64,000 nt of DNA from Isurus oxyrinchus (taxonomy: Eukaryota), in the NCBI GenBank assembly GCA_026770705.1, contig JANJGN010000023.1, positions 9,982,001 through 10,046,000 of the forward strand, in the 5' to 3' direction. How positions within the stretch are numbered: the stretch's first letter is position 1; each line of letters begins with the position of its first letter. The notes under the pieces are model-generated. The model was not told where the DNA came from. It saw only the letters and a program-made list of their open reading frames with translations, and made no database searches. The position numbers were made by a program, and so were the translations under genes. Of the stretch, positions 62,604 to 64,000 are shown one piece after another.

Positions 62604-64000
62604 TGTTCACATGAATCAGTAAGCTTCAGGGAAACTCCCTCACACTGTCTGCTTCTTAATGTCATCAGAGATTACTGATGAACTAGCAACCTTGTACAGA
62701 ACTGCTTGCTTCACATCCTGCCTCTTTCACTGCTTCGTGCCAAACTGCATTTCAGAATGAAGGCACATCCTCTTGTATTCCGGAGGGATGTTTATTCTGT
62801 TGTGATTTCTTGGTCTGACTAAATAAGTTCAAAACTTTAGGCAGCGCCATGGAGACCAAACGCACCCAAGCAAAATACACCGGATGCTGGAAATCTGAAC
62901 AAAAGCCGTAAAAGAAGGAAATTCGCAGCATCTATGAAGACAAAAACATGGATTCATTCAAGTCAACGAACTTTCATTCTGTTTATCGGCGGAGTATCCG
63001 CCCCGAGCCGCCGAACAATGCTGCAATGTTCCGTGAGGATATGAGTCACTGACATTCAGCAGTTCCTCACACACCAACATATTTAATCTGACGAGCGACT
63101 TCATCCTCCACTGAGCTGGCGCCCCTCCTTGTGTTTGTGGTGAGAGCTGGAACTGCAGCTGTAGAGTAGAGCGGGATCAGCAATGCTGCCGGATCTGAGC
63201 GGAAACCTGCCCTGGTTTGTAAACCTCTTGTGGACCATTGTGAGAAAGAAGGGAGATGGAAAGGCGGTTTCCTCCAGTCCAGCTCTTGTGATCGATGGAG
63301 GCAGAAATAGCAGCGTTAACATTAACATTCAGCAAGTTATCATTAAAATCCCTACAATGAAATATGTTTTGATAACCCAAATTATAACCATAAAGTCATC
63401 AAAATCTGCTGATCAACCGGCAAACTCGTACAGAAGCGCCTGCTTCACAGCCTGACTCTTTTACTGACCCGTGCCAAGCTGCATTTCAGAATAAAGCCAC
63501 GTCCTCTTGTATCCCGGCTGGCTGATTATTCTGTTGTATTTTATGGGTCAGTTTCCTGGGTGTCAGTTCTCTGTACTTCTGGGTGGTGATTTCCAGCCCT
63601 GCAACATGACTCAACTTAGCGACAGCAGCGGTTCCAGGTCCCAGCACGAACACAACCACAGAAGCAGCGCAGGAGAAGTGGGAGACTCTCCTTTAATCCA
63701 TTTGATATGTTTCTGTGTGAGGAGCTGCTGAGTGTCGCTGACTCATATCCTCACTGAACATTTGCAGCATTAGTCGGCAGCTCGGCGCTGCTGAATTTAC
63801 AGCCCCGGCCACGAACCGAGCCCAGAGAGAGTGAAATATGTTTTGTGTGTTTCAGGCAATGACTCCTGGCCAGTCAGCAGCAGAGAGGCGGAGGTTGGTT
63901 CAGTGGGAAAAACGCTGCTTGAAACTTTGGTTGAGGAAAATTCCTCGTTTTATTTAACCTCAGTACTGAACTCCTCCTCAGAGCTGTTTATGTTCATGCG

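Larger units (their letters stand above)
1..64000. repeat. Complex tandem array (macrosatellite-like) of ~1.39-kb monomers, types A/B/C, running off both window ends
   Basis: Anchor ATGCTGCCGG recurs at 555, 1934, 3325, 4721, 6100, 7490, 8874, 10252 ... 61787, 63183 (47 copies, usual spacing ~1370-1396 bp), all in one orientation. Order by hand: AAB AAAAB AAAAA BBBB A BB A B AA B A(/B fusion) AA B A B AA C B A B (core)C B A B A B A B A. Confidence 0.98.

Noticed and set aside
1-64000. CRISPR array or other prokaryotic repeat system
   Set aside because: No short repeats with unique spacers and no cas or other genes; the units are ~1.4 kb and contain a eukaryotic LINE fragment.

Overview
The whole 64 kb is one head-to-tail array of ~1.39-kb monomers (a macrosatellite-like complex tandem repeat). 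I find no credible protein-coding, rRNA or tRNA gene; the ORF track is the same few short frames recurring in each monomer. The anchor motif (CAGCA)ATGCTGCCGG occurs 47 times. Two main monomer types share a ~560-bp colinear block followed by different ~830-bp variable halves: type A (26 copies) and type B (18 copies, plus a fused half-copy and a partial copy at the left edge). Two older, longer type C blocks lie at ~46.7 and ~52.1 kb. B and C carry a ~160-bp 3' fragment of a CR1-like LINE (best copy WNSIPNSTVDVPTPHGLQRFKKAAHHHIPKGN*). I recognise this from memory as a shark LINE tail, so the host is probably a cartilaginous fish (inference). Monomers form changing higher-order repeats (3-mer, 5-mers, 1-mer, 2-mer). 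The most notable internal structure is an 80-160-bp 'arm' element present 2-4 times per monomer in both orientations. It gives every monomer a long inverted repeat and is itself a short hairpin centred on TGAGTCA. Any function (dsRNA/small-RNA source, lncRNA, chromatin organiser) is hypothesis only.
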